64,000 nucleotides of DNA from Octopus vulgaris (GCA_951406725.2 OX597817.1:26660001-26724000); one strand, 5' to 3'; positions 40,346 through 54,152 are shown, counted from the first letter of the stretch. Numbers and translations are program-made. Notes: generated by a model from the letters alone, not told the origin.

Positions 40346-40507
40346 AATTAGAAGTAAAACATAAGAAAGGCAACATTCTTTCTTCTGATCCTATTTGCTT
40401 TTCTCCAAAAACTTCACTTGCTTTATTACTTTTCAGAATTATCCAGATAGTATTACAGAAAACAGGTATCTACTAAATACGATATGAAATATAAAGGCTA
40501 TAAATAC

Positions 40508-40628
40508 CTTAATGGAGCTTGGTATTGCTAATGCAGGATCAAAATACAAATGCAATTTATAAAAAGGTCCCTGCTCAGATTTGCTGGGTTTTTTTTCCCA
40601 AGCCATCATTAATCTATTATTCCCAATG
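40508..40628 (-). CDS. Candidate exon ending GPFYKLHLYFDPALAIPSSIK (PLAT first strand-like)
   Basis: acttacctaag|121 nt|gtattt; spliced to a V-initial exon it has the same Y-x17-V spacing as PKD1 YEILVKTGWGRGSGTTAHV. Confidence 0.35.
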
Positions 40629-41364
40629 CTTAGGTAAGTGATACGTGTGAAAGTTCGCATAAATTGTTGATTATTAAATTTGCTATCTTAAAGTTTCTAG
40701 AAAATTATTGTTTTGGTTTCAGAGAATTAATCTACCTTATAGTTTGCTCTCCTTTAATCAGAAGACTAAGCCAGACTATTTTAAATAAGTTTCAATTGAC
40801 ATGATGTGTTGTGATTTGAAGTAGACAATTTGCTGATACAAGATACATTTTTACAAAAACTTAGTTTATTGAAATTTCTTTATCCTAAGTAAGCCTCATC
40901 TGGTTACACATGACTGGACATGATGCAATATTAGATTTAGTCTTTTTCTTTCAGCAAAATGGACTACTAAATAAAGAGTATTCTGATTTCTCTGTATCCA
41001 TCTCTATAAACAGACGAAGCTATCAGTATTAAATTTTAAAACTCATTATAGATAATAAATTTTAAAAAAAAACATGTAATTATAATTGTGGGTAAGAATT
41101 TTTAATTGCAGTGATGTGCTTCTGGATTTCATGATACTGTACCCTTGGTCAAATAGTACCTTTCACTGCAGCTTCATGTTGACTGAATGACTGCAACAAT
41201 TTCAGTGATAGAATCTATAGGGGAACCTCTCAAACACAAATACACACACACACCAGAAGAAAAATATATGGCCTTTGTTCTATGGAATTAGTAAGTTGCA
41301 TAGCACATCTTCTAAGTCTCTCCTCCTCCTTTCATCATTTCTATTGCATTCCTATTGACCTCAT

Positions 41365-41600
41365 ACCTATTTCTTTATTACCCACAAGGGGCTAAACACA
41401 GAGGGGACAAACAAGGACAGACATAGGTATTAAGTCGATTACATCGACCCCAGTGCATAACTGGTACTTAATTTATCGACTCCGAAAGGATGAAAGGCAA
41501 AGTCGACCTCGGCGGAATTCGAACTCACAACGTAACGCAGGTGAAATACCGCTAAGCATTTCGCCCGGTGTGCTAACGTTTCTGCCAGCTCACCGCCTTA
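41365..41600 (-). mobile_element. SINE family B
   Basis: Full-length copy. Confidence 0.88.
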
Positions 41601-41999
41601 CCATCTACATAATACACATATTTTTCTTTTTCCATGAATCAACTCTTAAGAATGCCATTCATACCTTTGATTTTCTTGTAGATCCTGATTTGCATACACT
41701 CATATTGAAAAGCATCTCTGTTTAATGGGAAAACTATTTTAAAATATGCAATTCTCAAGTGAGCCACTGATATTAACTTTTAACCAAGCATTCCAGAGTT
41801 ATCAGCTTTGAAGTCAATCTGATAAGTACCATGCTCAAAACTCTTGGCCCTTGTGTAACTTTTGTAACTTTGAACCAATTAAAAATAAAAATGTATATAT
41901 ACACATGTACTGAGTTCTATTTCTATGGTTTGTTATACTAAACCTGTTTCAAATAACAGAAATAAATGAGATATATAGGGTAAGAGCATTTGAAAACTA

Positions 42000-43044
42000 C
42001 GTGGTCTGATCAATAAGTTTCAGGACGGTTGCTATAGTAACAAACCTAAAGCATGCAGAGTAAAGCTGCTCAGCACAGATTGACCTTCAGCTCTGCTGTG
42101 CATGCACAACAAGTTTTAACATTCTAGCTCATTTCTTCTGTTTACAACAGTGCTTGGAAGAAAGGTGTGTAGTGTGTAATTGCTGCATTGACTATAGCAG
42201 ATAAAGTTGAGCAGAGAATCTGCATCAAATTTTGCCAAAAACTTAGCGATACCTGTTCAGAGGCCTAAGCAAAGTTTTCTTCATTCTCAGCACAATCAAG
42301 GAGACCTTGTGCGACTGAAACTCGAGTGTCTTTTTGGTCAGCTGAAAGCAATTTTGGCACAAACTTGGCAGACACGTATCTTAAGCCTAAATCTTCAGTG
42401 ATAATGAACTGAACTGAACCGTAACTAATCTGCACATACTCTGATAACTCATGGGTGATGATTCGACGATTTCTCTTCATAGCTGCATGCCCATCTGCAA
42501 TGTTTTTCTCAGTTCTGCTAGTTGTTCATCAATATCAATATGTTTCAGCCGTCTTGGAAATGTCTGAACCACTCATACACTTGTATGTGGCTCATACACA
42601 CCTCTCCATACACTTTGCACAACTTTGCATAGGCCTCTGAGCAGGTATCACTTTGACAATTTTCTCTGTCATGGTCAATGTGAAGATCACATGCTACACA
42701 CCTTCCTTCCAAGCACTGCTGTAAACAGTGGAAGTGAGCTAGAATGTTAAAACTCAGTGTGCATGCACAGCATCTTTGCCAAGCAGCTTTATGCTTTTTT
42801 ATATTTTTCTAAAATATTTTTTTAGTTTCAGCTCACAAGCTGTGGCCATGCTGGGGCACCGCCATTAAAGGTGGAGAAGAACAGATGCGAAAGTCGGCGA
42901 TGCGGTTACATAGGATTGAAACACCTTTCACTAAGACATCTAGTATATTAGTATAACAAAGTTACCGCATGACTAAACTCCCACTCTGTGTATTTTAGCT
43001 TCGTTACTATGTCAACAGTCTGGATACTTATTGATCAGACATCG
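42000..43044. mobile_element. Defective mariner made of two opposed 5' ends
   Basis: TIR gtctgatcaataagt at both ends; EQRICIKFC on +, VYEWFRHF and VSAKFVPKLL on -; no catalytic domain. Confidence 0.8.
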
Positions 43045-43259
43045 TGTAATATTCATGCATTGTTCAAATGTCATTTGCTAACAGAACAGAACCAGTTTGA
43101 AACTGAATAATAAAACAAGGCCTCAGTCTCCATGCCATCACCCCATAGATGGAGTAATCAACAAATTTTGTTCACAGAGGAATATTTGGGAAAATCAATA
43201 GTTTTGTAAACAATATGAATAACTATCACCTTAATGAAACAAGCTCCAAAGGAAAGAAA

Positions 43260-43654
43260 TCTTTATATATAAAAGTGAGGTTGTGTGCTGTCTGTCTCCT
43301 CCGAATTAGATTCCTAACTACTCCCACATATTGCGGTGCAGTTTAACCAAAACCGGGTATCTTATAGTCGTGATTCATATCGAGCCCTTCTGGGTATTAG
43401 TGCGTGACTACGATGAGTCTACGATTTAAAAAAAAATTTACCATCAATTTTTCCCATTTTTAATGCATTTTTGGCATATATAAGGAAAGTAACTCTCTAA
43501 AAATTTATTATTAAATCTCAGAACGTAAAAAGCTACAGTAACATCCCGCTTTGTGGTTAACCGTATTGAGATGGCTATTATACTTTACATCTCTAAAAAT
43601 GCTTATATAGTTATTTCCCTTACAAATCCGAGCAACGCCATGCGATACTGCTAG
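43260..43654 (+). mobile_element. Non-autonomous Helitron
   Basis: A|TCtttatatataaaag..gtctgtc 5' end; 3' end gagcaacgcc..actg CTAG|T. Confidence 0.7.
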
Positions 43655-43811
43655 TATCTTATAAAGAGGAAAATGTTGATAAATTCTGTTTCAAAACCCA
43701 GGGAAAAAAAAAAAAAAAAATGGTAATATCTACAAAAAAATGACACTTCGAACATAAAAATAGGAAAGTAAGAATACTGGACATGACAGATGATAAAGAA
43801 AAAAAATTCAT

Positions 43812-44236
43812 TACTCTTTTACTCTTTTACTTGTTTCAGTCATTTGACTGCAGCCATGCTGGAGCACCGCCTTTAGTCAAGCAAATCAACCCCGGGACTT
43901 ATTCTTTGTAAGCCCAGTACTTATTCTATCGGTCTCTTTTGCCCAACCGCTAAGTGACGGGGACATAAACACACCAGCATCGGTTGTCAAGCAATGCTAG
44001 GGGGACAAACACATAAACACTCACACATACACACACACACACACATATATATATACATATATATATATACATATATACGGCAGGCTTCTTTCAGTTTCCG
44101 TCTACCAAATTCACTCACAAGGCATTGGTCGGCCCAGGGCCATAGCAGAAGACACTTGCCCAAGATGCCACACAGTGGGACTGAACCCGGAACCATGTGG
44201 TTGGTTAGCAAGCTACTTACCACACAGCCACTCCTC
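43812..44236 (-). mobile_element. SINE family A
   Basis: Full-length copy. Confidence 0.88.
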
Positions 44237-44539
44237 CTCATTAAGGTATTTTATTTTATCATTCTCAAAATTATGATTCAGCAATTAATTAAGAATTTCT
44301 CTTTGACACTTCAACCTCATGTGATCAACATTGACATAGAAATAAGCATAAATGTTGTTGATATTCTGCTCTAATCTTTATTTCTGAACAAAAAGAAGCC
44401 AACATTACAGTATCATAGAATTAAGAATAATTTACAGATAATTTTTCAATTTTGCCTTTGTATTCTAATTATTTCTTAGAAAATATGTTAGATAAATGAA
44501 ATTTGTGCCTCCTCCTCCTCCTCCTTCTCCTTCTTCTTC

Positions 44540-45033
44540 TTCTTCTTCTTCTTCTTCCAATCAGGACTCACGCCATTAACCACAAAGAATAATCTCTAAT
44601 TTTAGCCTACTCTAAGCTACTAAGAATGCATGCGATAACTTGAAGATCCACCCACCACAAGTGATATACTGGTGGTTGCATGGGTGTGAAAGCTACGTTG
44701 TTATCCTGATTCTGTAAATGGTGACTTTTAATGGGTGGAGAGCTGAACCATTCTGGGGTACAGAGGATTCACAATCTAGACTAGGATCTGAAAGTTTACC
44801 ACACCATTGTGGTTACGCCATGGTTCCTCTGCTTTGTGGCAGAAGTAGGAAAAAAAAGTGAGAGAAAGTTGTGGTGAAAGAGTACAGCGGGGTTCACCCC
44901 TCCCCCGCTGGAGCCTCATGGAGCTTAGGTGTTTTTTGCTCAATAAACACTGACAATGCCCAGTCTGGGAATCGAAACCACATTCTTACGACTGCGAGTC
45001 CGCTGCCCTAACTACTGGGCCATTGCACCTCCA
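44540..45033 (-). mobile_element. SINE family E, tail type 2 ending (GAA)n
   Basis: tRNA-like head gtggaggtgcaatggcccagtagttagggcagcggactcgcag..gtttcgattccc; near-identical to 53440-53922. Confidence 0.8.
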
Positions 45034-45934
45034 CTGCTATTGTTGTTGCTCTTGTTGTTGTTGTTGTTGTTAAGCAACAAGACAGGTAAGGGGGATTAGG
45101 TGATGGTCTAGGGCTTAGGGGCAGGAGACCCCAGACCTTGGAAAAATAAACTTTGGTTGTTTTGTTGTAGTCGAGGGCTCTTCGTTGACGCCCGACACCA
45201 CTGGAAGGTGGCCCTCGAAGTCGCTGGAAATGGAAATCTCCAGGTCCAAATTATTGGACGGCTGCTGGTGTTGCTGTTCTTGGTGGTAGTGGTGATGATG
45301 GTGGTGGTGGTGGTGATTAGTCTCAAGTCAACTCTGATCAAGCAGACCTAGGAATGGATGGTGTGCCAGACGTAAACATCATTTATTTTCCCAGAACCAG
45401 TGCATCTAGAAACACATTATTCAATGCCATCCTCTTTCTAAGATGGTAAGGTATTCTATGAAAGAGACTTATGTCCTACTTCTTGCCGGTTGTCCAAACA
45501 CATAAAGGTTCTCTTGTTGGCTTATGAGGCTGTTTGAGGTGCTTTGGTGGTGGTGGTTGTGGAATTCAGGTAATAGTGGTGAAGCAGTGTTAGTGACACT
45601 TTTACTAATGCTCGTGGTGGAAGACGAAGGGTGGCAAGATGTACCAATCACAATCTTTCAAGCTGCCCAACCCATGCCAACGTGGACTCATCACCACCTC
45701 CAATTATCTGTTGTGGCATGGTTTCTGCAACTGAATTCCATTCCACTTTACAGAATGTGCTGTGAGCATTTTACATGCCTCTGGCACAGGTGCATTTTAT
45801 GTGACACCTGTAAAGGATAGGCTTGTATGTATGGATGACAAAGATTTTATTTAGCTTCCTCAAGTGTCCCTTCAAGTACTAAATGTTGTCAATGACTATG
45901 ATAAATAGCAACTGCAGATACTATTAAAATAAAT

Positions 45935-46183
45935 AAATATGCCCTTTTAAAGCCTAACCAGGCTAATGGGCCCGGTTTCCTGCTTTCTATGGCGTATGTG
46001 TTCCCCAGCTGAACGGGATGCCAGGCCATCACAGTGTTACTGATTTTTGCCAGCTGAGTGGACTGGAGCAACATGAAATGAAGTGTTTTGCTCAAGAACA
46101 CAATGTGTCACCCGATCCAGGAATCAAAACCACAATCTTACAATCATGGTACTGACACCCTAACCACTAAGCCACACGTCTCC
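45935..46183 (-). mobile_element. SINE family D (also ~47386-47640, +)
   Basis: gtggcttagtggttagg..gttcttgagcaaaacacttcatttca..gctccagtccactcagctgg. Confidence 0.7.
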
Positions 46184-46697
46184 AATCAGATACTATTAGT
46201 TTTGTATAATGGATATAGAACTTATCACTTCCTAAGGCATTGCTCAAAATACTTTTAAGGACCCCCAACAAGGTGTGAAGAACATTCTACAGATTGGCAT
46301 AAACATTTATAATTTAAAAGTTTTATGACTGGATATATTCTTCTCAGTCAAAGAGAATCACTAGAAAAACAAAAAAAAACTCTCAAAGAAAATTGTTCTT
46401 AAACAATAAAATAAAGAACATCAGTTTTAGGATATCTAATTTGTTTTTCTTGTATCTCACTGATATCTTTTAAGTATGTTTTAAATCCTGGCTAAAGAAA
46501 CATTAATCTCGTTAAGTGAATTAAAAAAAAGAAGCTGATTCACTTGGGTATTTTTGCTGACGTTATAATTTGTGACTTCCATCAAAAAATTCTAATCTTG
46601 TATTCTTGTAGATTAATCATCTAAAATTAAATAAAAATGTCATTTAATCCTGGGTCACTCTGTCCCAGCTCAACATACAATATATATATATAAATAA

Positions 46698-47300
46698 TAT
46701 GGTCATGTGATGCATATGGATGAGGACAGCTGTGTAAAGAAGTGCCGAACTCTAACTGTGGAGGGAACTTGTGGTAGAAGTAGACCCAAGAAGACATGGG
46801 ATGAGGTGGTGAAGCATGATCTTTGGACTTTGAGCCTCACAGAGGCAATGACTGGTGACTGAGACCTTTTGTGATGTGCTGTGCTTGAGCGGACCAGTCA
46901 AGCCAAGTGAAATCATAGTTGTGGGAACTGGTACCTTTGCTGGTGGTACATAAAGAATACCTTTTGGGCATTGGGCATCATGGAGGTAAAGTGGCTGAGT
47001 TCCTTTCGAGTGTTGGGCCTCATGGAGGCAATGACCAAGATTTTTGGCATTATGTTGTGCTTGGGAAGAAGACTCATCAAGCTGAGCAAATTCGCAGTTA
47101 TGACAGGTATCGGTGGCACATATATTGCACCCATGCCAGTGGCACGTAAAAGCACCCATAACACTTTCAGAGTGGTTGGCATTAGGAAGGGCATCTAGCT
47201 ATAGAAAGCCATGCCAAATCAGACTGGAGTCTAGTGCAGCCTTTCAGTGTGCCAGCCCAGTTAAACTGTCCAACCCATGCCAGATGTTAAATGACAATAA
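46698..47300 (+). mobile_element. RTE LINE C-terminus plus 3' UTR (source of family C)
   Basis: YGHVMHMDEDSCVKKCRTLTVEGTCGRSRPKKTWDEVVKHDL followed by the family C tail. Confidence 0.8.
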
Positions 47301-48013
47301 TGATGAGGAGGAGGAATCAAATATATTCCAGCCTTGACCATCCTATTATTTTAGAAATATCTAGGACTAGATATTTTCCGATTGTGGAGGTACATGGCTC
47401 AGTAGTTGGAGTGCTAGACTCATGATCATAAGATTGTGGTTTTGATTCCTGGACCAGATGATGTGTCGTTTTTCTTCAGCAAAATACTTCATTTCACTTT
47501 GCTCCAATCCACTCAGCTGGCAAAAACGAATAATTCTGTGATGGACTAGAACATCCCATGCAAGTAGGGAATATATACATCATGAAACTAAGAAACTGGC
47601 CCTTATGAGTCAGTACGACTCAAGAAAGTAACATTACCTTTGTTTATCTTCAGATTATCCAATATATTCTTTCTTACTTAAGAGTGCAGTTTGAGGGATA
47701 TTTTGCTTCTATTTCTAGAAAGATGCATCTTAGTTTGGAAAGAGTGTTGTTGTTGTTTAGCATTCAGGTTTCTCTGTCAAATGTAATGCTTATTTATTCA
47801 CATTGAATAAGTGCATTACCTTGTAGCTTTGAAATTCCAGGGACATGATTGTTTATTTTTAGCATAATATTGTAGGGTAAGTGTGAGAGGCCAGATCTGG
47901 TTAGTATGAAGATAAAACAGGAAGAATAATTTGGCAGGATATGACCAGTTTAAATGCTGAAGGGGTAAATCAGATCAACCCTGCTTTCGCAGACTTATCT
48001 TCAAAAGAATACC

Positions 48014-48386
48014 TATTTCTTTACTACCCACAAGGGGCTAAACACAGAGAGGACAAACAAATGTATTAAGTCAATTATATTAAGTCGACCCTAGTGCGTA
48101 ACTGGTACTTATTTAATCGACCCTGAAAGGATGAAAGGCAAAGTCGACCTCGACGGAATTTGAACTCAGAACATACTGCCAGATCTGCCAGATCTGACTA
48201 CTGCCAGATCTGACTAGGCCTGATGAAGCCTTCCTGCTTCACAGACCCCAGTTGAACTGTCCAACCCATGCTAGCATGGAAAACGGACGCTAAACGATGA
48301 TGATGATGATGATGATGAACATAGCGGCAGACGAAATACCACTAAGCATTTCGCACAGCCTGCTAGCGTTTCTGCCAGCTCGCCGC
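48014..48386 (-). mobile_element. SINE family B (20-bp TSD) containing a nested family C fragment (7-bp TSD)
   Basis: cttatcttcaaaagaatacc at 47994 and 48387; gaacata at 48169 and 48317. Confidence 0.88.
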
Positions 48387-48556
48387 CTTATCTTCAAAAG
48401 AATACCATCTGTGACCTCCTCATCTTAATTTCTAGTCACTAAAGCATCGAATAGAATGGTGTGCTACATTTGTTCTAGATCTCTGCACACTTGGTTCAAA
48501 TCCTGCTGAGATTTTCTTTCCAGTGTCAGTAAATAAAATATCAATACTGACATCTA

Positions 48557-49000
48557 TCTTCTTCTTCTCCTTTATCTCCTTCGTCTTCTTCTTCTTCTTC
48601 TTCTTCTTCTTCTTCTTCTTCTTCTTTTTCTTCTTTTTCTTCTTCTTCTTCTTCTTCGTCTTCTTCTTCTTCCTCTTCTTCTCCTTCATCTTCTTCTTTT
48701 TCTTCTTCTTCTTCTTCTTCTTCTTCTTCTTCCTCTTCTCCTTCGTCTTCTTCTTCTTTTTCTTCTTCTTCGTCTTCTTCTTCTTCCTCTTCTTCTTCTT
48801 CGTCTTCTTCTTCTTCTTCTCCTTCTTCTCCTTCGTCTTCTTCTTCTTCTTCTTCTTCTTCTTCTTCTTCTTCTTCGTCTTCTTCTTCTTCGTCTTCTCC
48901 TTCGTCTCCTTCGTCTTCTTCTTCTTCTTCTTCTTCTCCTTCTTCTTCTTCATCTTCTTCTTCGTCTTCTCCTTCGTCTCTTTTGTCTTCTTCTTCTTCT
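48557..49000. repeat. (TTC)n polypyrimidine microsatellite
   Basis: Direct reading. Confidence 0.95.
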
Positions 49001-49311
49001 CTCTCTCTCTGCCCTTCCATTCTATTTCTTAACTGAAAGAAACTAATTGTAGTATAATAAGTGTTCTGCGAGGTTTAAATGCTCAAGTGAAACCATATGA
49101 TGTCAGGATGTCATCCCTAAAACTCTGTCAAAAGTGCTCAAGGCACTTTCCATCTTTTTTTTTGTAAGATGGCCTGGTTGTATTTCTAGCAAGTTAAGTA
49201 ACCTGGAAAGGCATCTTCATTGCTCCTGTTGGAAAAATAAGAGGAAATTGTTCTGTAATGACTTTTTATACATATAATTTGAAACATTCTTCATTAGATT
49301 CTGAACAACAT

Positions 49312-49731
49312 AGGCCCAGGAGTGGCTGTGTGATAAGTAGCTTGCTTACCAACCACATGGTTCCGGGTTCAGTCCCACTGCATGGCATCTTGGGCAATTG
49401 TCTTCTGCTATAGCCTCAGGCCAACCAAAGCCTTGTGAGTGGATTTGGTAGACGGAAATTGAAAGTAGCCTGTCGTATATATGTATATGTATATATATAT
49501 GTGTGTGTGTTTGTGTGTCTGTGTTTGTCCCCTCAACATCACTTGACAACCGATGTTTGTGTGTTTACATCCCTGTAACTTATTGGTTCGGTAAAGAGAC
49601 CGATAGAATAAGTACTAGACTTACAAAGAATAAGTCCTAGGGTCGATTTGCTTGACTAAAGGTGGTGCTCCAACATAGCTACAGTCAAATGACTGAAACA
49701 CGTAAAAGAGTAAAAGAAAGAGTAAAAGAGT
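49312..49731 (+). mobile_element. SINE family A
   Basis: Full-length copy. Confidence 0.85.
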
Positions 49732-49734
49732 GTG

Positions 49735-50358
49735 CCAGGTGAAAGGCTCAGTAGTAATTCATCTGTCTTTACATTCTGAGTTCGAATTCCACCGAGGTCA
49801 ACTTTGTCTTTCATCCTTTTGGGGTCGATAAATTAAGTACCAGTTACGCACTGGGGTCGATCTAATCGACTGGCCTCCTCCCCCACTCCACAAATTTTGG
49901 ACCTTGTGCCTAGAGTAGAAAAGAATTGTTTTAAATATTATTTATTTCATTATTGCCCACAGGGGGCTAAACAAAGAGGGGACAAACAAGGACAAATAAA
50001 GGAATTAAGTTGATTACATCGACCCCAGTGCATAACTGGTACTTATTTTAACTGACCCTGAAAGAATGAAAGGCAAAGTCAACCTTAGCGGAATTTGAAC
50101 TCAGAACATAACAGCAGATGAAATACTTATTTCTTTATTACCCACAAGGGGCTAAACTTAGAGGGGACAAACAAGGACAGACATAGGTATTAAGTCGATT
50201 ACATCGACCCCAGTGCGTAACTGGTGCTTAATTTATTGACCCCGAAAGGATGAAAGGCAAAGTCGACCTCGGCGGAATTTGAACTCACAACGTAACGGCA
50301 GATGAAATACTGTTAAGCATTTCGCCGGCATTCTAACGATTTTGCCCAGCTTACCACC
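49735..50358. mobile_element. Cluster of family B SINEs (one + copy, then a tandem - dimer)
   Basis: Tail-to-tail family B bodies. Confidence 0.8.
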
Positions 50359-53300
50359 CTGTTTTAAATGTTATTACAATAGCATTTGTGCTGTGAGTGG
50401 GCACAAATTACATAGCTCTCTTACCTCAGTTTACTTGGCAGACAAACAAGTTCCATTACTACTCATTCAATTTTTAAAATATATTAATGATCAAATTTTA
50501 AAAAGAGAAATAAATTCCACTCATAATAGTGTGGAAGATTAGATAAAACAGTGAAACAGATAAAAATGGGGATTGAAATTGTTATAAATAAAACATTCTG
50601 AAATTAGTATGCCCTAGTGCATAGGAATTCAATTTTGCAAATTAAATCCATTCATGCAAGCTGAAAAGCAGATTTAAACTAGTAAATAGTATGTCTCTTT
50701 TTGTCTTTTGTTTTTGTTCTTTTAAATTTTCACTATTGTTGTAACCAGAAATAACCATTTTACAATTTTTCCAATTAAGATTATAATTGTCATAAAAATT
50801 TTAGTGCAAAAATACAATATTTGATAATCCATAATAAAGTGTTTACAAAAAGACTTGTGTTTGTAAGACAATATATATTTGTAATCAAAAGATACAACAT
50901 TACCATTACAGGAGTCTATAGTGGAACCTCTAGAAATAGTAACTATATGTCCCTTAAATCACATCTGACTTTCTCAAGTCCAGAAGAATACATTCGACAC
51001 TGTAGTCACTGATATACAAAAGATGGGGTGGTCAAGTGTGTGTAGCTAAGAAGCTTGCTTCAGAACCATGTGGTTTTGGGTTCAGTCCCACTCTGCAGCA
51101 CCTCAGGCAAATGATTTTCACAATAACATTCAGTCCAACCAATGAGTGGATTTTGTAAAGACAAACTGTATGGAAGTCTATTGTATATATGTTTAGATAT
51201 GTATATATATATATGTGTGTGTGTGTATTTATGTTTATGTTTGTCCCTCCCATCATCTGACAACTGGTGTTAGTTTGTTAATGACCCTGTAACTTTGCAG
51301 TACAGCAAAGGAGTCCACCCAGACTTTAAAAATTACGTACTGATGTTGATTTGTTTAGGAAAATCTTTCAAGGCCATACCCCATCATGGACTTAGCCGCA
51401 GAACTGTAAAAAGTAAAAGATAAGAGATAAAAGGTAAAAGAAATATCTGGTTTATATTATCATGAAAGAGGTGCAGTATTTCATTACAGAGATACCACAA
51501 GTAAACTAGTTTCTTTTATAATATTTCTGCAGGTGGTCACATTTACCTTCAATTAACCTTTATAAATTTAGACCGTCTCCAACCTTAGAAGCAAAATAAA
51601 TAAAATCACTTTACAAATTATTATTATCATTACAGACTGTCTAAATACAGTGCATATATCAAAGATTATTTTCAAATTAAAAAGGAATACCTGCAAGCTC
51701 TTAAACCTAAGATACTATCTTTCAAGATACTGAAAGTACACACATTATTCAATTTTGAACTCAGCATGACTTATTCAAGTTAAATATGGCCAATTAAAAT
51801 TTCTTTATATTTAATCATAATGGTTTTCTGTAGGCTTTTGTAAAAGTGAATTATTAATAAATAAATCTTTAAAAATAATCTTGCTTCCTAAATTCAATCT
51901 TAAAACTAATTACTTATTTTATATACATAATAAAGAAAATATCCTGAAACTAAAAGACTAATTTGCTCATAATAATTGTCTGTGTGTTTATGATTATTTG
52001 AAAGATGTTCTATGTGATTCCTGAATTATTTTCGAAACTTTTGTAATATTTCTATTGTTTCAAGTAAAATTTCCTTAAATAAATGCTTGTTTATCACTAG
52101 AGTAAACTCAGCATGATATGGTATTAAATCCATATCTCTATGCTTCATTAAACCTTATAATTCTATTATTAGATAGCTCCATAATACAACGTTTATTCAA
52201 TTTATCCAAGAACTCATTTAAAACATTAATTATGAATCCATTACTCTTAAATACTTGTATTAAAGCAATTCAACCAAGACAAATTATCATGGAAAACTTG
52301 GTAATTATAAATACATTTGTCTTTTTTTTTCTTTCTTTCCCTTTCAAATATCACTTATATGTAGTTTAAGCGTGTGTATGTGTTTGCATTTGTACATATG
52401 TTTGTGTTTATGTGAGTATGCATCTGTGTGTTTTTGAAGTAAAAATATATGCTTCTCATATTCATGATGGCCAGCAAAACAAAAAAGCAAAACAGTAAAA
52501 CATAATTCCGTTGAGAGATAATCACCACGTGTGGTTTCTTCACTTCAGTTAGACATCTATGCTATAGTTCAGCATTATTTTAGTGGTATTTGCAAATCTT
52601 CCCCCGAGTCCATTTATTGGCAATTATATTGATATTCAGGAAGTCTGCATTGTCAAATACTATTTGTAATGCTAATTCCAAATATTCTCTTATGATTGTC
52701 TTTATTGTTGTGACCGCTGATGAAAAGGGTGTCACCTAAATCTATGGTCGTAGGATTGATTTTGTAAAATAACTTCCTAGAGGTACGTGTCTCACATGGC
52801 AGCTTATTAAGCTATTTATCTTTTCCCTCTAAAGCTTTTGTTTTGGTTATACTTTTTTCTAGGAAAGGTTTGCTTACTCACTAATGTTTCCTCATTTCAG
52901 AAAACACTAATTTCTGTTTAATGCAATGTGTTTCTGGGGAATAGATATTGACCGACCTTTCAGTATAACATCAAGAATACATGAGCCAATAGATGGAATG
53001 AGTGAAAAAAAGAAGATGAATAGATGGAAAGAGTGAAAAAAAAAAAAGATGAGTAGATTAAAAAGGTTAAAATTAATATAACAGTTAACCATTTAGCAAG
53101 TTCAGCAGAGCAGAGACAGTCTTAGAAATAGAAAGATAAGCAGAAAGGAACATATCTAATGATGGTCAAATGGTGGAATTTTCATGACTAAAGTTTCATG
53201 AATCGGTCTGACAGATTGTGACAAAAATATTGTTGAGGATATTCATATGTGTTTTTTAAGTGCATCAGCTCAGCTGTATGAAGAGTACACTTTTTTAGCT

Positions 53301-53439
53301 TCAAGTATATTCATAGTTAGCCTAGTGTCAATAGCAATAGCTACTCAGAGTGATGATATTTTCTAAATACTAGATAGAAGCTCAGTCACTGAGACACATC
53401 GCAATCGTATGTGAAATATGTGTACAGTTTCTGTTGTCT

Positions 53440-53922
53440 TCTTCTTCCAATCAGGACTCATGCCATTAGCCACAAAGAATAATCTCTAATTTGAGCCTAC
53501 CCTATGCTACTAAGAATGCGTGTGGCAACTTGAAGATCCACCCACCACATGCAATAGACTGGCAATTGCACGGGTGTGAAAGCTACATTGTTATCTTCAT
53601 TCCATAAACGGTGGCTTTTAATGGTGGGGGCAAGCTGAACCCTCCTGCGGTACAGAGGATTCACAATCTAGACTAGGGTCTGAAAGTTTACCACACCATA
53701 GTGGGGTACACCATGGTTCCTCTGCTTTGTGGCAGAAGTAGGAAGAAAGAGTGAGAGAAAGTTGTGGTGAAAGAGTACAGCGGGGTTCATCTCTTGCCAG
53801 AGCCTTGTGGAGCTTAGGTGTTTTTTGCTCAATAAGCACTCACAATGCCCGGTCTGGGAATTTAAACTGCGCTCTTACGACTGCAGGTCCACTGCCCTAA
53901 CCACTGGGCCATTGTGCCTCCA
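53440..53922 (-). mobile_element. SINE family E, tail type 2
   Basis: Paralog of 44540-45033; partial copy at ~12870-13034. Confidence 0.8.
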
Positions 53923-54073
53923 CAGTTGCTGATGGTAGAGATGGTGGTGGCTGGAGATATACTCAAATTACAAAAATAGTCAGAATGCTTTGCAGTAGAA
54001 ATGTCAGCAAACTGCACCAGTATAATGCAAACACAAACGATGATATGCAGTTCAGTAAATTGTATTCAAGACA

Positions 54074-54152
54074 AATTCTACTGAAGAGCTGCAGATATAT
54101 TATGTAAGTAAAATTGCATAATCCATTAACAGCGAAACTATTGTCTAGAATT
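54074..54152 (+). ncRNA. Type I hammerhead ribozyme, intact, GUC site
   Basis: aattcta-CTGAAGA-gctg[38 nt]cagc-GAAA-ctattg-TC-tagaatt; perfect 7-bp stem I and G10.1-C11.1 pair. Confidence 0.85.

Noticed and set aside
48432-49032. Poly-Lys/Glu/Phe ORFs
   Set aside because: (TTC)n microsatellite.
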